From Clostridium sp. CAG:465 (GTDB taxonomy: Bacteria > Bacillota > Clostridia > TANB77 > CAG-465): 61,285 nucleotides of DNA. Numbering within the stretch: the first letter of the stretch is position 1; each line of letters opens with the position of its first letter. The stretch lies in the NCBI GenBank assembly GCA_000433755.1, contig FR891269.1, positions 1 to 61,285 on the forward strand, read 5' to 3'. Both the position numbers and the translations under genes were made by a program. This document shows positions 47,555 to 56,953 of this stretch, in pieces. Below the pieces are notes generated by a model. It was not told the origin of the DNA and searched no databases. It saw nothing but the letters and a program-made list of their open reading frames with translations.

Positions 47555-47809
47555 TTATTTAACTTTTTCCACAATTCTTACTAGTCTATATCTTTTATCT
47601 TTACTTAGTGGTCTAGTTTCCATTATTTCAACAATGTCGCCAATACTACATTCGTTGTTTTCATCATGAGCTTTAACTTTTAAAGTTTTATTAACTATTT
47701 TTCCATAAAGTGGATCTTTTTCTCTATCATCAATTCTAACAACAATAGTTTTATCCATTTTATTACTTACAACTTTACCTATTTTTGTTTTTCTTAAATT
47801 TCTTTCCAT
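47555..47809 (-). CDS. rpsQ: 30S ribosomal protein S17
   Basis: It reads ..[16 protein letters not shown].. and ..[15 protein letters not shown].. Confidence 0.92.
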   Translation of the reverse strand: MERNLRKTKIGKVVSNKMDKTIVVRIDDREKDPLYGKIVNKTLKVKAHDENNECSIGDIVEIMETRPLSKDKRYRLVRIVEKVK

Positions 47810-47826
47810 AACTTACCTCCTTACCA

Positions 47827-48030
47827 CTAAATATTTTTCTCTTTCTTTGTTATTACTGTGTTTACTCTTGCAATATTTTTCTTTACAAGTTCCATTTTTT
47901 TAGGGTTATCAAGGCCATTTAAAGCATGTTGAAATCTTAATTTAAATAGTTCACTTTTTAATGCTTTTTCTTCTTTTCTTAAATCTTCTACGCTCATAGC
48001 TTCGTATTCTTTTATTTTACTAGATTTCAT
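47827..48030 (-). CDS. rpmC: 50S ribosomal protein L29
   Basis: It reads ..LRKEEKALKSELFKLRFQHALNGLDNP.. Confidence 0.9.
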   Translation of the reverse strand: MKSSKIKEYEAMSVEDLRKEEKALKSELFKLRFQHALNGLDNPKKMELVKKNIARVNTVITKKEKNI

Positions 48031-48462
48031 TTAGCACACTCCCCCTTCTTCTTGTTCTTTCTTACTTACTATTTTACATTTAATAGGAAGTTTTTGAATA
48101 GCTTTTCTTAAAGCTTCTCTACTTACTTCTTCAGAAAGTCCTGTTATTTCAAATAATACTCTTCCTGGTTTAACAACTGCAACAAAGTATTCTGGATTAC
48201 CTTTACCAGATCCCATACGAGTTCCAGCTGGTTTCTTTGTTATTGGTTTATCAGGGAAGATATCAATATATACTTTACCAACTTTTTTTGTATATCTTGA
48301 AAGTGTTACCCTTGTAGCTTCAATTTGATTTGCAGTAATCCAAGTTGGTTCTAAAGCAACAATTCCAAATTCACCTTTAGTTATTTTATTTCCTCTTGCT
48401 GCTTTTCCTTTTATTCTTCCTTTTTGTACTTTTCTAAATTTTGTTCTTTTTGGTGACAACAT
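48031..48462 (-). CDS. rplP: 50S ribosomal protein L16
   Basis: It reads [16 protein letters not shown].. Confidence 0.93.
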   Translation of the reverse strand: MLSPKRTKFRKVQKGRIKGKAARGNKITKGEFGIVALEPTWITANQIEATRVTLSRYTKKVGKVYIDIFPDKPITKKPAGTRMGSGKGNPEYFVAVVKPGRVLFEITGLSEEVSREALRKAIQKLPIKCKIVSKKEQEEGGVC

Positions 48463-48464
48463 TT

Positions 48465-49121
48465 TTAGTTACCTCCTTTTTCTTGTTTTTTAGCAGGTAG
48501 TACATCCCCTTTATATATCCAAACTTTAACACCGATAATACCGTATGTTGTTTTTGCTTCTGCAAAACCATAGTCGATATCTGCTCTTAAAGTTTGTAGT
48601 GGAATTGTACCTTCACTATAATGTTCAGTTCTTGCAATTTCTGCTCCACCTAAACGACCAGATACTGCAGTTTTTATTCCTAAAGCTCCTGCTTTCATAG
48701 TTTTTTGCATTGCTTGTTTCATTGCTTTTCTGAAAGATATTCTTCTTTCAAGTTGATTAGCTATAGATTCTGCAACTAATGTTGCTGCTAAATCTACATC
48801 TTTAACTTCTACAATGTTAAGTGCAACATCTTTACCAATTTTTTTGTTTAATTTTTTTCTTAATTCTTCAATAGCTGCTCCACCTTTACCGATTATCATA
48901 CCTGGTTTTGCAGTATATACATCAACTTTAACATTATCAGCTTTTCTTGAAATATCTAATTTATATATTCCTGAAGCTTTTAGTGTTTCTTTTAAATATG
49001 TACGTATTTTGTAATCTTCAACAAGATTGTTAGAAAAATCTTTTTTATTTGCATACCAAGTTGAAGACCAATCTTTTATAATTCCAACTCTAAGTCCGTG
49101 TGGACTAACTTTTTGCCCCAT
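48465..49121 (-). CDS. rpsC: 30S ribosomal protein S3
   Basis: It reads [14 protein letters not shown].. Confidence 0.93.
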   Translation of the reverse strand: MGQKVSPHGLRVGIIKDWSSTWYANKKDFSNNLVEDYKIRTYLKETLKASGIYKLDISRKADNVKVDVYTAKPGMIIGKGGAAIEELRKKLNKKIGKDVALNIVEVKDVDLAATLVAESIANQLERRISFRKAMKQAMQKTMKAGALGIKTAVSGRLGGAEIARTEHYSEGTIPLQTLRADIDYGFAEAKTTYGIIGVKVWIYKGDVLPAKKQEKGGN

Positions 49122-49142
49122 AATATTTACCTCCTTACTTCT

Positions 49143-49499
49143 TTAAGCTTCTGTTAATACTACTTTAATATGGCTTGTTCTTTTTCTGATTCTATCTGCA
49201 CTACCTTTTGCTCTAGGTAAAATTCTTTTCATTGTAGGTCCTTGGTTTGCATATATTTCAGATATAACTAATTTTGTTTCATCCATATGATGATTATTTA
49301 CAGCATTTGCAATAGCTGATTTTACTAATTTTTCAACCATTGGTGCAGCTGCTTTATTTGTATATTTAAGTATTGCAATAGCTTCTTTTGCACTTTTTCC
49401 TCTGATTAAGTCTATAACAATTTTAACTTTTCTAGCACTTATTCTAGCATGACGAAGTTCTGCTACTGCTGTTTTTTGTTCTACAACTTTTTCTTCCAT
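49143..49499 (-). CDS. rplV: 50S ribosomal protein L22
   Basis: It reads ..[27 protein letters not shown].. Confidence 0.92.
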   Translation of the reverse strand: MEEKVVEQKTAVAELRHARISARKVKIVIDLIRGKSAKEAIAILKYTNKAAAPMVEKLVKSAIANAVNNHHMDETKLVISEIYANQGPTMKRILPRAKGSADRIRKRTSHIKVVLTEA

Positions 49500-49529
49500 T
49501 TTAAGGCTCCTCCTTTTTTAGATTCTTAC

Positions 49530-49808
49530 TTATTTTATTGAAGATTTTTTATCTCCTGAATGTCCTCTGAAAAGTCTTGTTGGAGCAAATTCTCCTAATT
49601 TATGTCCTACCATTTCTTCTGTAACATATACTGGTACATGTTTTCTTCCATCATGTACAGCTATTGTATGACCAATCATTTGAGGATATATAGTTGAAGC
49701 TCTTGACCAAGTCTTTAACGCTTCTTTTTTATTTTCTGCGTTTAATTTTTCTACTCTTGCTAGTAGTTTTTCATCACAATAAGGTCCTTTTTTAAGCGAT
49801 CTTGACAT
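49530..49808 (-). CDS. rpsS: 30S ribosomal protein S19
   Basis: It reads [16 protein letters not shown].. and ..[11 protein letters not shown].. Confidence 0.93.
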   Translation of the reverse strand: MSRSLKKGPYCDEKLLARVEKLNAENKKEALKTWSRASTIYPQMIGHTIAVHDGRKHVPVYVTEEMVGHKLGEFAPTRLFRGHSGDKKSSIK

Positions 49809-49822
49809 ATTCTATCCCTCCA

Positions 49823-50656
49823 TTATTTTCTATTTCTTCTTTTAACAATATATTTATCTGTTGGATTTTTTGTTTTTCTTGTTTTGTATCCAAGTGCTGG
49901 TTTACCCCAAGGAGTCATTGGTCCTGCGTGTCCTACTGGAGCTCTACCTTCACCACCACCATGAGGGTGATCACAAGGGTTCATAACAGATCCTCTAACT
50001 GTAGGTCTAACACCCATATTTCTTTTTCTACCAGCTTTACCTAGTGAAACATTTTCATGTTCTAAGTTTCCAACTTGACCAATACATGCTCTACAATCAA
50101 CAAGTATAAGTCTCATTTCACCAGATGGCATTCTTACATGTGCATATTTATCTTCTTTTGCCATAAGTTGTGCAGACATTCCAGCACTTCTTACAAGTTT
50201 AGCACCTTGACCTTTGTGCAATTCAATGTTGTAAATCATTGTACCAACCGGTATTGATCTAATTGGCATACAGTTACCTGGCTTTATATCAGCTTTTTCA
50301 GATGATATAACTTTATCTCCATCTTTAAGACCAACTGGAGCTATAATGTATGCTCTTTCTTTATCTTCATATTCGATTAAAGCTATGTTTGCAGTTCTGT
50401 TTGGATCATATTCAATACCAATTACAGTTGCTTCCATATCTACTTTATTTCTTTTAAAATCAATTATTCTATATTTTCTTCTGCTTCCACCACCATGATG
50501 TCTTACAGTGATTTTACCTTGAGCATTTCTACCTGCATTTTTCTTTAATGGTGCAAGTAATTTTTTCTCAGGTGTGCTTTTTGTAATTTCATCGCTTGCT
50601 AGTAATTTTGTATTTCTAAGTGATGGAGTAACAGGTTTAAATGACTTTATTCCCAT
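49823..50656 (-). CDS. rplB: 50S ribosomal protein L2
   Basis: It reads [14 protein letters not shown].. and ..[13 protein letters not shown].. Confidence 0.93.
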   Translation of the reverse strand: MGIKSFKPVTPSLRNTKLLASDEITKSTPEKKLLAPLKKNAGRNAQGKITVRHHGGGSRRKYRIIDFKRNKVDMEATVIGIEYDPNRTANIALIEYEDKERAYIIAPVGLKDGDKVISSEKADIKPGNCMPIRSIPVGTMIYNIELHKGQGAKLVRSAGMSAQLMAKEDKYAHVRMPSGEMRLILVDCRACIGQVGNLEHENVSLGKAGRKRNMGVRPTVRGSVMNPCDHPHGGGEGRAPVGHAGPMTPWGKPALGYKTRKTKNPTDKYIVKRRNRK

Positions 50657-50669
50657 TTTTTACTACCTC

Positions 50670-51035
50670 CTAGCTATTAGTTCCAAATGCTGAACTGATT
50701 TCCTCAATTTCAGTCTTGTATTTTCTATTTAATTTAGTTTCTTTTCCACCTTTTGCAAGATATTTTTCCTCTGAAGGATTTGTATCTATAGTAACTATTG
50801 CTTTTTTCCAAGCTTTAGTTTTTCCTTGGTGTACTCCAACTCTTTTATTTTTACCATCGTATCTTAATGTGTTAACACTTTTTACCTTAACTCCGAAAAG
50901 TTCTTCAACTGCATTTTTGATATCAACTTTTGTAGCTGTAAGAGCAACTTCGAAAGTATATTTACCAATAGCGATGTTTTCATAACTTTTTTCAGTCATT
51001 ATAGGTTTTATTATAACGTCTTCTGCAAATTTCAT
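50670..51035 (-). CDS. rplW: 50S ribosomal protein L23, with a ~20-aa C-terminal extension
   Basis: It reads ..[12 protein letters not shown].. and ..KKAIVTI.. Confidence 0.9.
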   Translation of the reverse strand: MKFAEDVIIKPIMTEKSYENIAIGKYTFEVALTATKVDIKNAVEELFGVKVKSVNTLRYDGKNKRVGVHQGKTKAWKKAIVTIDTNPSEEKYLAKGGKETKLNRKYKTEIEEISSAFGTNS

Positions 51036-51655
51036 TATGCGTACACCTCCTCTAATTTCTTAATAGCGTCTTCAGTTACTACTAAATTATCATATTTTAA
51101 TAAATCAAATACGTTAATTGTATTAACTAAAGTAGTTTTTACATTTTCAATGTTTCTTGCTGATGCTTGAACATTTAAGTTTTTCTCACTTAAAACGATA
51201 AGTGCTTTTTTAGTATTTAAGTTATTTAATACTTTAACCATTTCTTTAGTCTTGATTTCTTTTAATTCTAATTTATCAACAACTATTAATTCTTTTTCTT
51301 CTACTTTAGAAGTAAGTACTGATTTTAAAGCAAGTTTTCTCATTTTTTTAGGAATTGCATATTTATATGATCTTGGTTTTGGTCCAAGTGCAATACCACC
51401 TTTCATCCATTGAGGAGCTCTTATAGAACCTTGTCTTGCTCTACCAGTTCCTTTTTGTCTCCATGGTTTTCTTCCACCACCACGAACTTCTGCTCTTGTT
51501 TTAGTTGATCCTGTACCTTGTCTTTGATTAGCTAAATAATTAACTAATGCAGTATGTACAACTATATCATTAACATCTACACCAAAAACATTTTCATTAA
51601 GTTCGATATCTTTTACTTTTTTACCTTTCATATCTAAAACGTCTACTTTAAGCAT
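51035..51655 (-). CDS. rplD: 50S ribosomal protein L4
   Basis: It reads ..[28 protein letters not shown].. Confidence 0.93.
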   Translation of the reverse strand: MLKVDVLDMKGKKVKDIELNENVFGVDVNDIVVHTALVNYLANQRQGTGSTKTRAEVRGGGRKPWRQKGTGRARQGSIRAPQWMKGGIALGPKPRSYKYAIPKKMRKLALKSVLTSKVEEKELIVVDKLELKEIKTKEMVKVLNNLNTKKALIVLSEKNLNVQASARNIENVKTTLVNTINVFDLLKYDNLVVTEDAIKKLEEVYA

Positions 51656-51683
51656 TTTATTTCCTCCTTCCTTTCACTTTATC

Positions 51684-52310
51684 CTACTTTACAGTTTCTC
51701 TAATTCTTAAAACTGCACCTTTAGCTCCAGGAACAGATCCTTTAACTAAAATAACATTTTTATCTGTATCAACTTTAACAACTGCTAGGTTTAATATAGT
51801 TGATGTAACATCTCCCATATGTCCTGGTAATTTTTTACCTTTAAATACTCTACCTGGTGTTGTTGTAGATCCCATAGAACCTGGTCTTCTATGATACATA
51901 GAACCATGAGCCATAGGTCCTCTATGTTGACCATGTCTTTTAATATTTCCTTGGAAACCTTTACCTTTAGATGTACCTTGAATATCAACTCTATCCTCAG
52001 TAGTAAAAGTATCAATTGTAATTTTGCTTCCAATTTCATACTCATCTAAATTTTCTACTTTGATTTCTTTTAAATATTTTTGTAATTCTACTCCAGCTTT
52101 TGCAAAAATACCTTTCATTGGTTTATTTGCATTTTTTTCTTTGATTTCTCCAAAACTTACAACAATTGCATTATATCCTTCTTTTTCAGCAGTTTTTTTA
52201 GCAACTACAGTACAAGGTTTAACTTCAATTGCAGTAACCGGAATTGCAACTCCATCTTCAGAGAAGATTTGTGTCATTCCAACTTTTTTACCGTAAATTT
52301 CTTTTACCAT
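51684..52310 (-). CDS. rplC: 50S ribosomal protein L3
   Basis: It reads ..GKKVGMTQIF.. and ..GKGFQGNIKRHGQHRGPMAHGS.. Confidence 0.93.
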   Translation of the reverse strand: MVKEIYGKKVGMTQIFSEDGVAIPVTAIEVKPCTVVAKKTAEKEGYNAIVVSFGEIKEKNANKPMKGIFAKAGVELQKYLKEIKVENLDEYEIGSKITIDTFTTEDRVDIQGTSKGKGFQGNIKRHGQHRGPMAHGSMYHRRPGSMGSTTTPGRVFKGKKLPGHMGDVTSTILNLAVVKVDTDKNVILVKGSVPGAKGAVLRIRETVK

Positions 52311-52432
52311 TTTGTTTTCCTCCCTTTAATTTTTAGCTTTTAAACTTCATATTTAAAATATACAAACACTTAGTATAGGGTATGTCATTGCCTTATTTCA
52401 TAGGATGACTACTAAACATTTTAAAAGTTTAA

Positions 52433-52750
52433 TTATAATTTAACTTCGATATCAACACCTGCAGGCATATCTATTGACATTAGTGCATCAACAGTTGCTT
52501 GATTTGGTTTAATAACGTCGATAACTCTTTTATGAGTTCTCATTTCAAATTGTTCTCTTGAATCTTTATGTTTGTGTGGAGAACGTAATATTGTAATAAT
52601 TTCTTTTTCTGTTGGTAGTGGAATTGGTCCTGAAACTTCTGAACCTGTTTTTTTAGCCACTTCAACAATTTTTGATGCTGCTTGTTCTAGCACTACATGA
52701 TCATAAGCTTTAAGTCTTATTCTCATTTTTTTAGTTTGTTCTTTTGCCAT
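52433..52750 (-). CDS. rpsJ: 30S ribosomal protein S10
   Basis: It reads ..[40 protein letters not shown].. Confidence 0.93.
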   Translation of the reverse strand: MAKEQTKKMRIRLKAYDHVVLEQAASKIVEVAKKTGSEVSGPIPLPTEKEIITILRSPHKHKDSREQFEMRTHKRVIDVIKPNQATVDALMSIDMPAGVDIEVKL

Positions 52751-52971
52751 ATGTAAAACACTCCTTTTCTATAACATCTCAGCGTCACAAGTTTTACACT
52801 ACCCCGTGTGTTTCTTTTTTAGACATATAAAAACCAAATTTTACTTAAAATAAAACTTGGCAAATACATATCAATTATACTTGCCGCCTGATTTTAAACC
52901 AGACATGCTCCATAAGAGTTCCCTACCTCGATGGGTAGCCACATCTTACTTCAACGCAAATCAACATCTCT
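52751..52971 (-). promoter_or_regulatory. Long (~215 nt) 5' leader of the S10 operon, with stem-loops and a terminator-like hairpin (52829..52860)
   Basis: On the minus strand, CUACC/GGUAG and GGCAAGUA/UAUUUGCC stems are followed by a CCAAGUUUUA...UAAAAUUUGG hairpin and UUUUU. By eye, G+C is locally elevated relative to other intergenic DNA here. Confidence 0.45.
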
Positions 52972-53000
52972 ATTATAACTTATTTTTATAAAAAAAGCAA
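52972..53000 (-). promoter_or_regulatory. Sigma-A-type promoter of the S10-spc operon
   Basis: The minus strand reads TTGCTT-17 nt-TATAAT. Confidence 0.55.
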
Positions 53001-53148
53001 TACTTTTCGTGAAAAAACCTTAAAAATATTGTTTCTTTAGTATAAATGTAACAGAAATGTAACAGAAAGAAAAATAGTTAATTTCATCTATTGATTTGTT
53101 ATATAAATTTATTATATAATAATTCTGACATAAGAGGTGAGGGATAAA

Positions 53149-53850
53149 ATGTTTAAATTTATAAAAAAAATATTTATTCTTATACTAATAATAATCATTC
53201 TTGTGTGTTCATTTATAACATACGAAGGATATTCAATGTACAAAGAAGTAATATCAAAGGAAAGTATTGAAAAAAAGGTAGAAAAAATTAAAGAATACGA
53301 TAACTACATTTCAATATCTGAAGTCCCTGAAACATATAAAAACGCAACTATTGCAATAGAAGATCATAGATTTTATTCTCATGGCGCAATAGATGTATTT
53401 ACAACAGCTCGTTCATTTATAGAAAATATCAGAAACAAAGAGCTTAGCAATGGTGGAAGTACAATTACGCAACAAGTAGCAAGAAATATGTACTTTACAC
53501 AAGAAAAAAGCTTTATAAGAAAAGTAGCTGAATTATTTGTAGCTGTTGATTTAGAAAAAAATTATAGTAAAGATGAAATTTTGGAAATGTATCTAAATAT
53601 TATATATTTTGGAGACGGATATACAGGTCTTAAACAAGCATCTTATGGATATTATAGAAAATCTCCTTCAAAGTTATCTTTAGCTGAACAAGCCATGCTT
53701 GCAGGTATTCCTAACGCACCTAGTATATATTCTCCAAATGTAAATCCAGAACTTGCAAAAAAAAGGCAACAAAAAGTTTTAGACGCTATGGTTAAATATG
53801 GCTATATATCAAAGGCTGAAGCAAACAATATTTCTGGTGTTGACTTATAA
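53149..53850 (+). CDS. Monofunctional peptidoglycan glycosyltransferase (GT51 domain only)
   Basis: A TM anchor is followed by EDHRFYSHGAID, GGSTITQQVARN and RKV.E. There is no transpeptidase domain. The start is set at ATG 53149; the track start at 53137 is a GTG. Confidence 0.85.
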   Translation: MFKFIKKIFILILIIIILVCSFITYEGYSMYKEVISKESIEKKVEKIKEYDNYISISEVPETYKNATIAIEDHRFYSHGAIDVFTTARSFIENIRNKELSNGGSTITQQVARNMYFTQEKSFIRKVAELFVAVDLEKNYSKDEILEMYLNIIYFGDGYTGLKQASYGYYRKSPSKLSLAEQAMLAGIPNAPSIYSPNVNPELAKKRQQKVLDAMVKYGYISKAEANNISGVDL

Positions 53851-53922
53851 TTTATAATAATATATAATGTTTTTACATACGCATATACATTTAAATAAAT
53901 TATTTTTAAAGGAGAGTTAATT

Positions 53923-55101
53923 ATGAATGTTAAATTAATTGCATTTACCAAACCTGATAGCTATCAAGGAGAATTTGATTTAAAAAAGCTATTAGATTTT
54001 TGTGCCAAAATGGCAGGAATATGCTACATGAAAGATAATTTCGAGAAAATTCTAAATGAGCCAGAAATTTCTACAGAGAAAAGATTAAATCGTGTCTTAA
54101 AATCAGGTCATCACAGTGTATTTGATCACGTTAAACTTACTTTTGAATTTTCAAATATTCCTAAAATTATAGCTATGATTTTAAATAACGAAAAAGATTA
54201 CTCAACTTCAGAAAAATCTGCAAGATATACTGAACTTAAAGATTTATCAAAAAGGGAAAGCACTTTATACAACAAATGGATAAATATACTTATGCCTATT
54301 ATAAAAGAAAAGTATCCTAAACTGTATAACGCAAACCTAAAAGATCCTATGCTAAAAATAAGAAAGCTAGCTCAAGAAAACGCAAGATATTTTGTATCTA
54401 TTTTTTCAAGAACAACAAGCATGGGATATACAGTATCCTTAAGGCAACTAAATTATTTACTATACATGATGGATGAATTCATATTAAATCACGATTCTAC
54501 AAACTTTAACGACATTTTAGCCCAAAATTTGAAAGAATTCGTTTCACTTTTTGATGAATACAGGGTAAAAGATTTAATTCCTTTAGGAAAGAACAGGAAG
54601 CTATCTTTATTTGGCGACAAAAAATACAACGATATTCCTGATGTATTCTCTTACGTTTATCAAACTTCATTTAAAGCTAGTTTTTCTTGTGTTGCACAAA
54701 ATCACAGGCACAGAAGTGAACATTCTTTTATATATCTGCTTGACAATTTTGAATTTTATATTCCAGAAATATTAGAGGATAACGATAATTTAAAAAGTCA
54801 GTGGGCTAAAGATATGCAAAGTATTGCTGATATGTATCCACAAGGAACATTGGTTAAAATCGTACAAACTGGTAATCTAGATACACTATTTCTTAAGTCA
54901 ACTGAAAGAGTATGTGGACAAGCTCAACTGGAAATTATGAGACATACTGCTAATACAGTAGAGAAATTTATTCAAAACTCTGAGTATGGCTATATTTTAA
55001 AAGATTTAACAAATGGTGCAAATGCAAAATGTAAATATAAAAACAGTACATGCTCTTCCCCATGTATTTTTGGAGCAAATCAATATAATAGAAAGATATA
55101 G
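53923..55101 (+). CDS. thyX: ThyX-like (flavin-dependent thymidylate synthase family) protein with two tandem ThyX-type domains
   Basis: The first half carries SGHHSVFDHVKLTFEF...NEKDYSTSEKSARY and AQENARYF..T....SLRQLNYLL. The second half carries YVYQTSFKASFSCVAQNHRHRSEHS and ..ERVCGQAQLEIMRH. At 392 aa it is much longer than the ~220-250 aa I recall for single-domain ThyX. Confidence 0.65.
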   Translation: MNVKLIAFTKPDSYQGEFDLKKLLDFCAKMAGICYMKDNFEKILNEPEISTEKRLNRVLKSGHHSVFDHVKLTFEFSNIPKIIAMILNNEKDYSTSEKSARYTELKDLSKRESTLYNKWINILMPIIKEKYPKLYNANLKDPMLKIRKLAQENARYFVSIFSRTTSMGYTVSLRQLNYLLYMMDEFILNHDSTNFNDILAQNLKEFVSLFDEYRVKDLIPLGKNRKLSLFGDKKYNDIPDVFSYVYQTSFKASFSCVAQNHRHRSEHSFIYLLDNFEFYIPEILEDNDNLKSQWAKDMQSIADMYPQGTLVKIVQTGNLDTLFLKSTERVCGQAQLEIMRHTANTVEKFIQNSEYGYILKDLTNGANAKCKYKNSTCSSPCIFGANQYNRKI

Positions 55102-55113
55102 GTGATAATCATT

Positions 55114-55800
55114 ATGAATAAGATTTTTGTAATAGAAGGAACTGATGGTTCAGGAAAACAAACTCAAACAAACTTAATTTATAAACGTTTACTAAAAGAT
55201 GGAAAGGAAGTTTTCAAAACTTCCTTTCCAAACTATGATAATCAAAGCTCTGGTCCAGTTAAAGAATACCTATCAGGCAATATTAGTTCTAATCCAAATA
55301 GTATTTCATCCAAAGCTGCTTCATTATTTTACGCAGTAGATAGATATATCAGCTATAAAGAAAACATAGAAAAATATTATTTGGATGATAAGACAATAAT
55401 TTTATTTGATAGATATATTTCATCGAATCTTCTTCATCAAGGTGGTAAAATTTTAAAAAGTACTAACAACTTAAATGAACTAGATACTTTTAGCGAATGG
55501 GTTATAAACATAGAAGAAAATGACCTTGAGCTTCCTTCACCTACTATTGTGTTTTTCTTACATGTTCCAACAGAATATACCATTTCACTTATGAAAGAAA
55601 GAGAAAATAAATATTCACACACTGAAAAAAAAGATATTCATGAATCAGATTGTGATCATTTAAAAAACGCAGAAAAGTCTGGATTATATTTTGCAAAAAA
55701 ATTTAACTGGAAAATAATTGAATGTGTAAAGAATGGAAAACTAAGAAGCATAGAAGATATTAATAACGAAATATACTCAATCATTGAAAAATATATATAA
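55114..55800 (+). CDS. tmk: Thymidylate (dTMP) kinase family protein
   Basis: The P-loop is FVIEGTDGSGKQTQ and the DRY-type motif is FDRYISSN. The lid and C-terminal region are collinear with Tmk. The ATG at 55114 has the SD AGGTGA. Confidence 0.8.
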   Translation: MNKIFVIEGTDGSGKQTQTNLIYKRLLKDGKEVFKTSFPNYDNQSSGPVKEYLSGNISSNPNSISSKAASLFYAVDRYISYKENIEKYYLDDKTIILFDRYISSNLLHQGGKILKSTNNLNELDTFSEWVINIEENDLELPSPTIVFFLHVPTEYTISLMKERENKYSHTEKKDIHESDCDHLKNAEKSGLYFAKKFNWKIIECVKNGKLRSIEDINNEIYSIIEKYI

Positions 55801-55828
55801 AAAGGCGTCGTATTTACGGCGTCTTTTA
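55801..55828 (+). terminator. Intrinsic terminator after tmk
   Basis: A GC-rich 7-bp stem with two G-U pairs (GGCGTCG/CGGCGTC) is followed by TTTT. Confidence 0.55.
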
Positions 55829-55869
55829 TAATTGACTTACAAAATTTATTATGTTATAATTCAGCCCAG

Positions 55870-56415
55870 GTGATAAATTTGAAAATATATGTTATGAGAC
55901 ATGGTCAAACGAACTGGAACATAAATAAAATTTTACAAGGACAAACAAATATTGATTTAAATGAAACTGGAATAAATCAAGCAAAAGCCAAAATTGAAGA
56001 AATAAAAAATCTAGATATAAATTTAATTTTTTGTTCACCTTTAAATAGAGCGGCACAAACTGCAAAAATAGTTAGTAACAGGAAAATTCCAATTATATAT
56101 AACGATTCTTTAACTGAAAGATGCTTTGGAGATTTTGAAGGTAAAAAAAGTTTGGAATATAGCAATGAATATTACAATTATAATGCAAACTTACAGACAA
56201 ACAACGTTGAACCAATACAAGATTTGTGTAATAGAGTATACTCTTTTTTGGACGAAATACCCCGCACATACAAAAATAAGAAAATTTTATTAGTTACACA
56301 CGGTGCCACAGCTAGAGCAATAAATTCATATTTTAATGGTCTATCAAAAGACGGATATATAGAAAGGATTCCAATCGATAACTGTACAATAAAAGAGTTT
56401 GAATATTCAATTTGA
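55870..56415 (+). CDS. Histidine phosphatase (phosphoglycerate mutase) family protein
   Basis: It carries the RHGQTNWN catalytic motif and a C-terminal VTHG. The start is uncertain between GTG 55870 and TTG 55879. Confidence 0.8.
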   Translation: MINLKIYVMRHGQTNWNINKILQGQTNIDLNETGINQAKAKIEEIKNLDINLIFCSPLNRAAQTAKIVSNRKIPIIYNDSLTERCFGDFEGKKSLEYSNEYYNYNANLQTNNVEPIQDLCNRVYSFLDEIPRTYKNKKILLVTHGATARAINSYFNGLSKDGYIERIPIDNCTIKEFEYSI

Positions 56416-56594
56416 TTTTTCAATCACTATAACAAAAGCATTATTTTTTGAAAAAATTGAATATTAATAAGTCTAATCCCCCTTATTTTTTAAGCTTTTT
56501 TAATTAATTACATAAAACCACTTGATTTTTAAATTAAATTATGTTAAAATGTTTTGGTAATAACGATATTTTATAATTCAAGGAGGTGTAACTC

Positions 56595-56849
56595 GTGCCA
56601 AATATTAAATCAGCAAAGAAAAGAGTTAAAATAATTGACAAAAAAACTGCTCAAAATAGAGCTACAAAAAAAGCATATAAAGAAGCTATAAAAGCTTTTG
56701 AAGCTGCAGTAGAAGGAAATGCTAAAGATAAACAAGAATTATACGCTAAAGCAGTTAGTATGGTAGATAAAGCTTGGTCTAAAGGTGTTTTAAAGAAAAA
56801 TACAGCATCTCGTAAAAAAGCTACATTAACAAAATTATTAAATAAGTAA
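56595..56849 (+). CDS. rpsT: 30S ribosomal protein S20
   Basis: It reads MPNIKSAKKRVKIIDKKTAQNRATK.., with a GTG start and the SD AAGGAGGTG. Confidence 0.9.
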   Translation: MPNIKSAKKRVKIIDKKTAQNRATKKAYKEAIKAFEAAVEGNAKDKQELYAKAVSMVDKAWSKGVLKKNTASRKKATLTKLLNK

Positions 56850-56910
56850 AATTATTTATTCATTAAGTAAAGCCTTATGGATAGACATTTCATAAAAAAC
56901 TAATTTTAAT

Positions 56911-56951
56911 AAAAAAAGAGTAAAGATTATTTTAAAATCTTTGCTCTTTTA
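56911..56951. terminator. Bidirectional terminator between rpsT and the PBP-like gene
   Basis: A 12-bp stem with one G-U pair is flanked by an A-run and a T-run. Confidence 0.6.
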
Positions 56952-56953
56952 TA

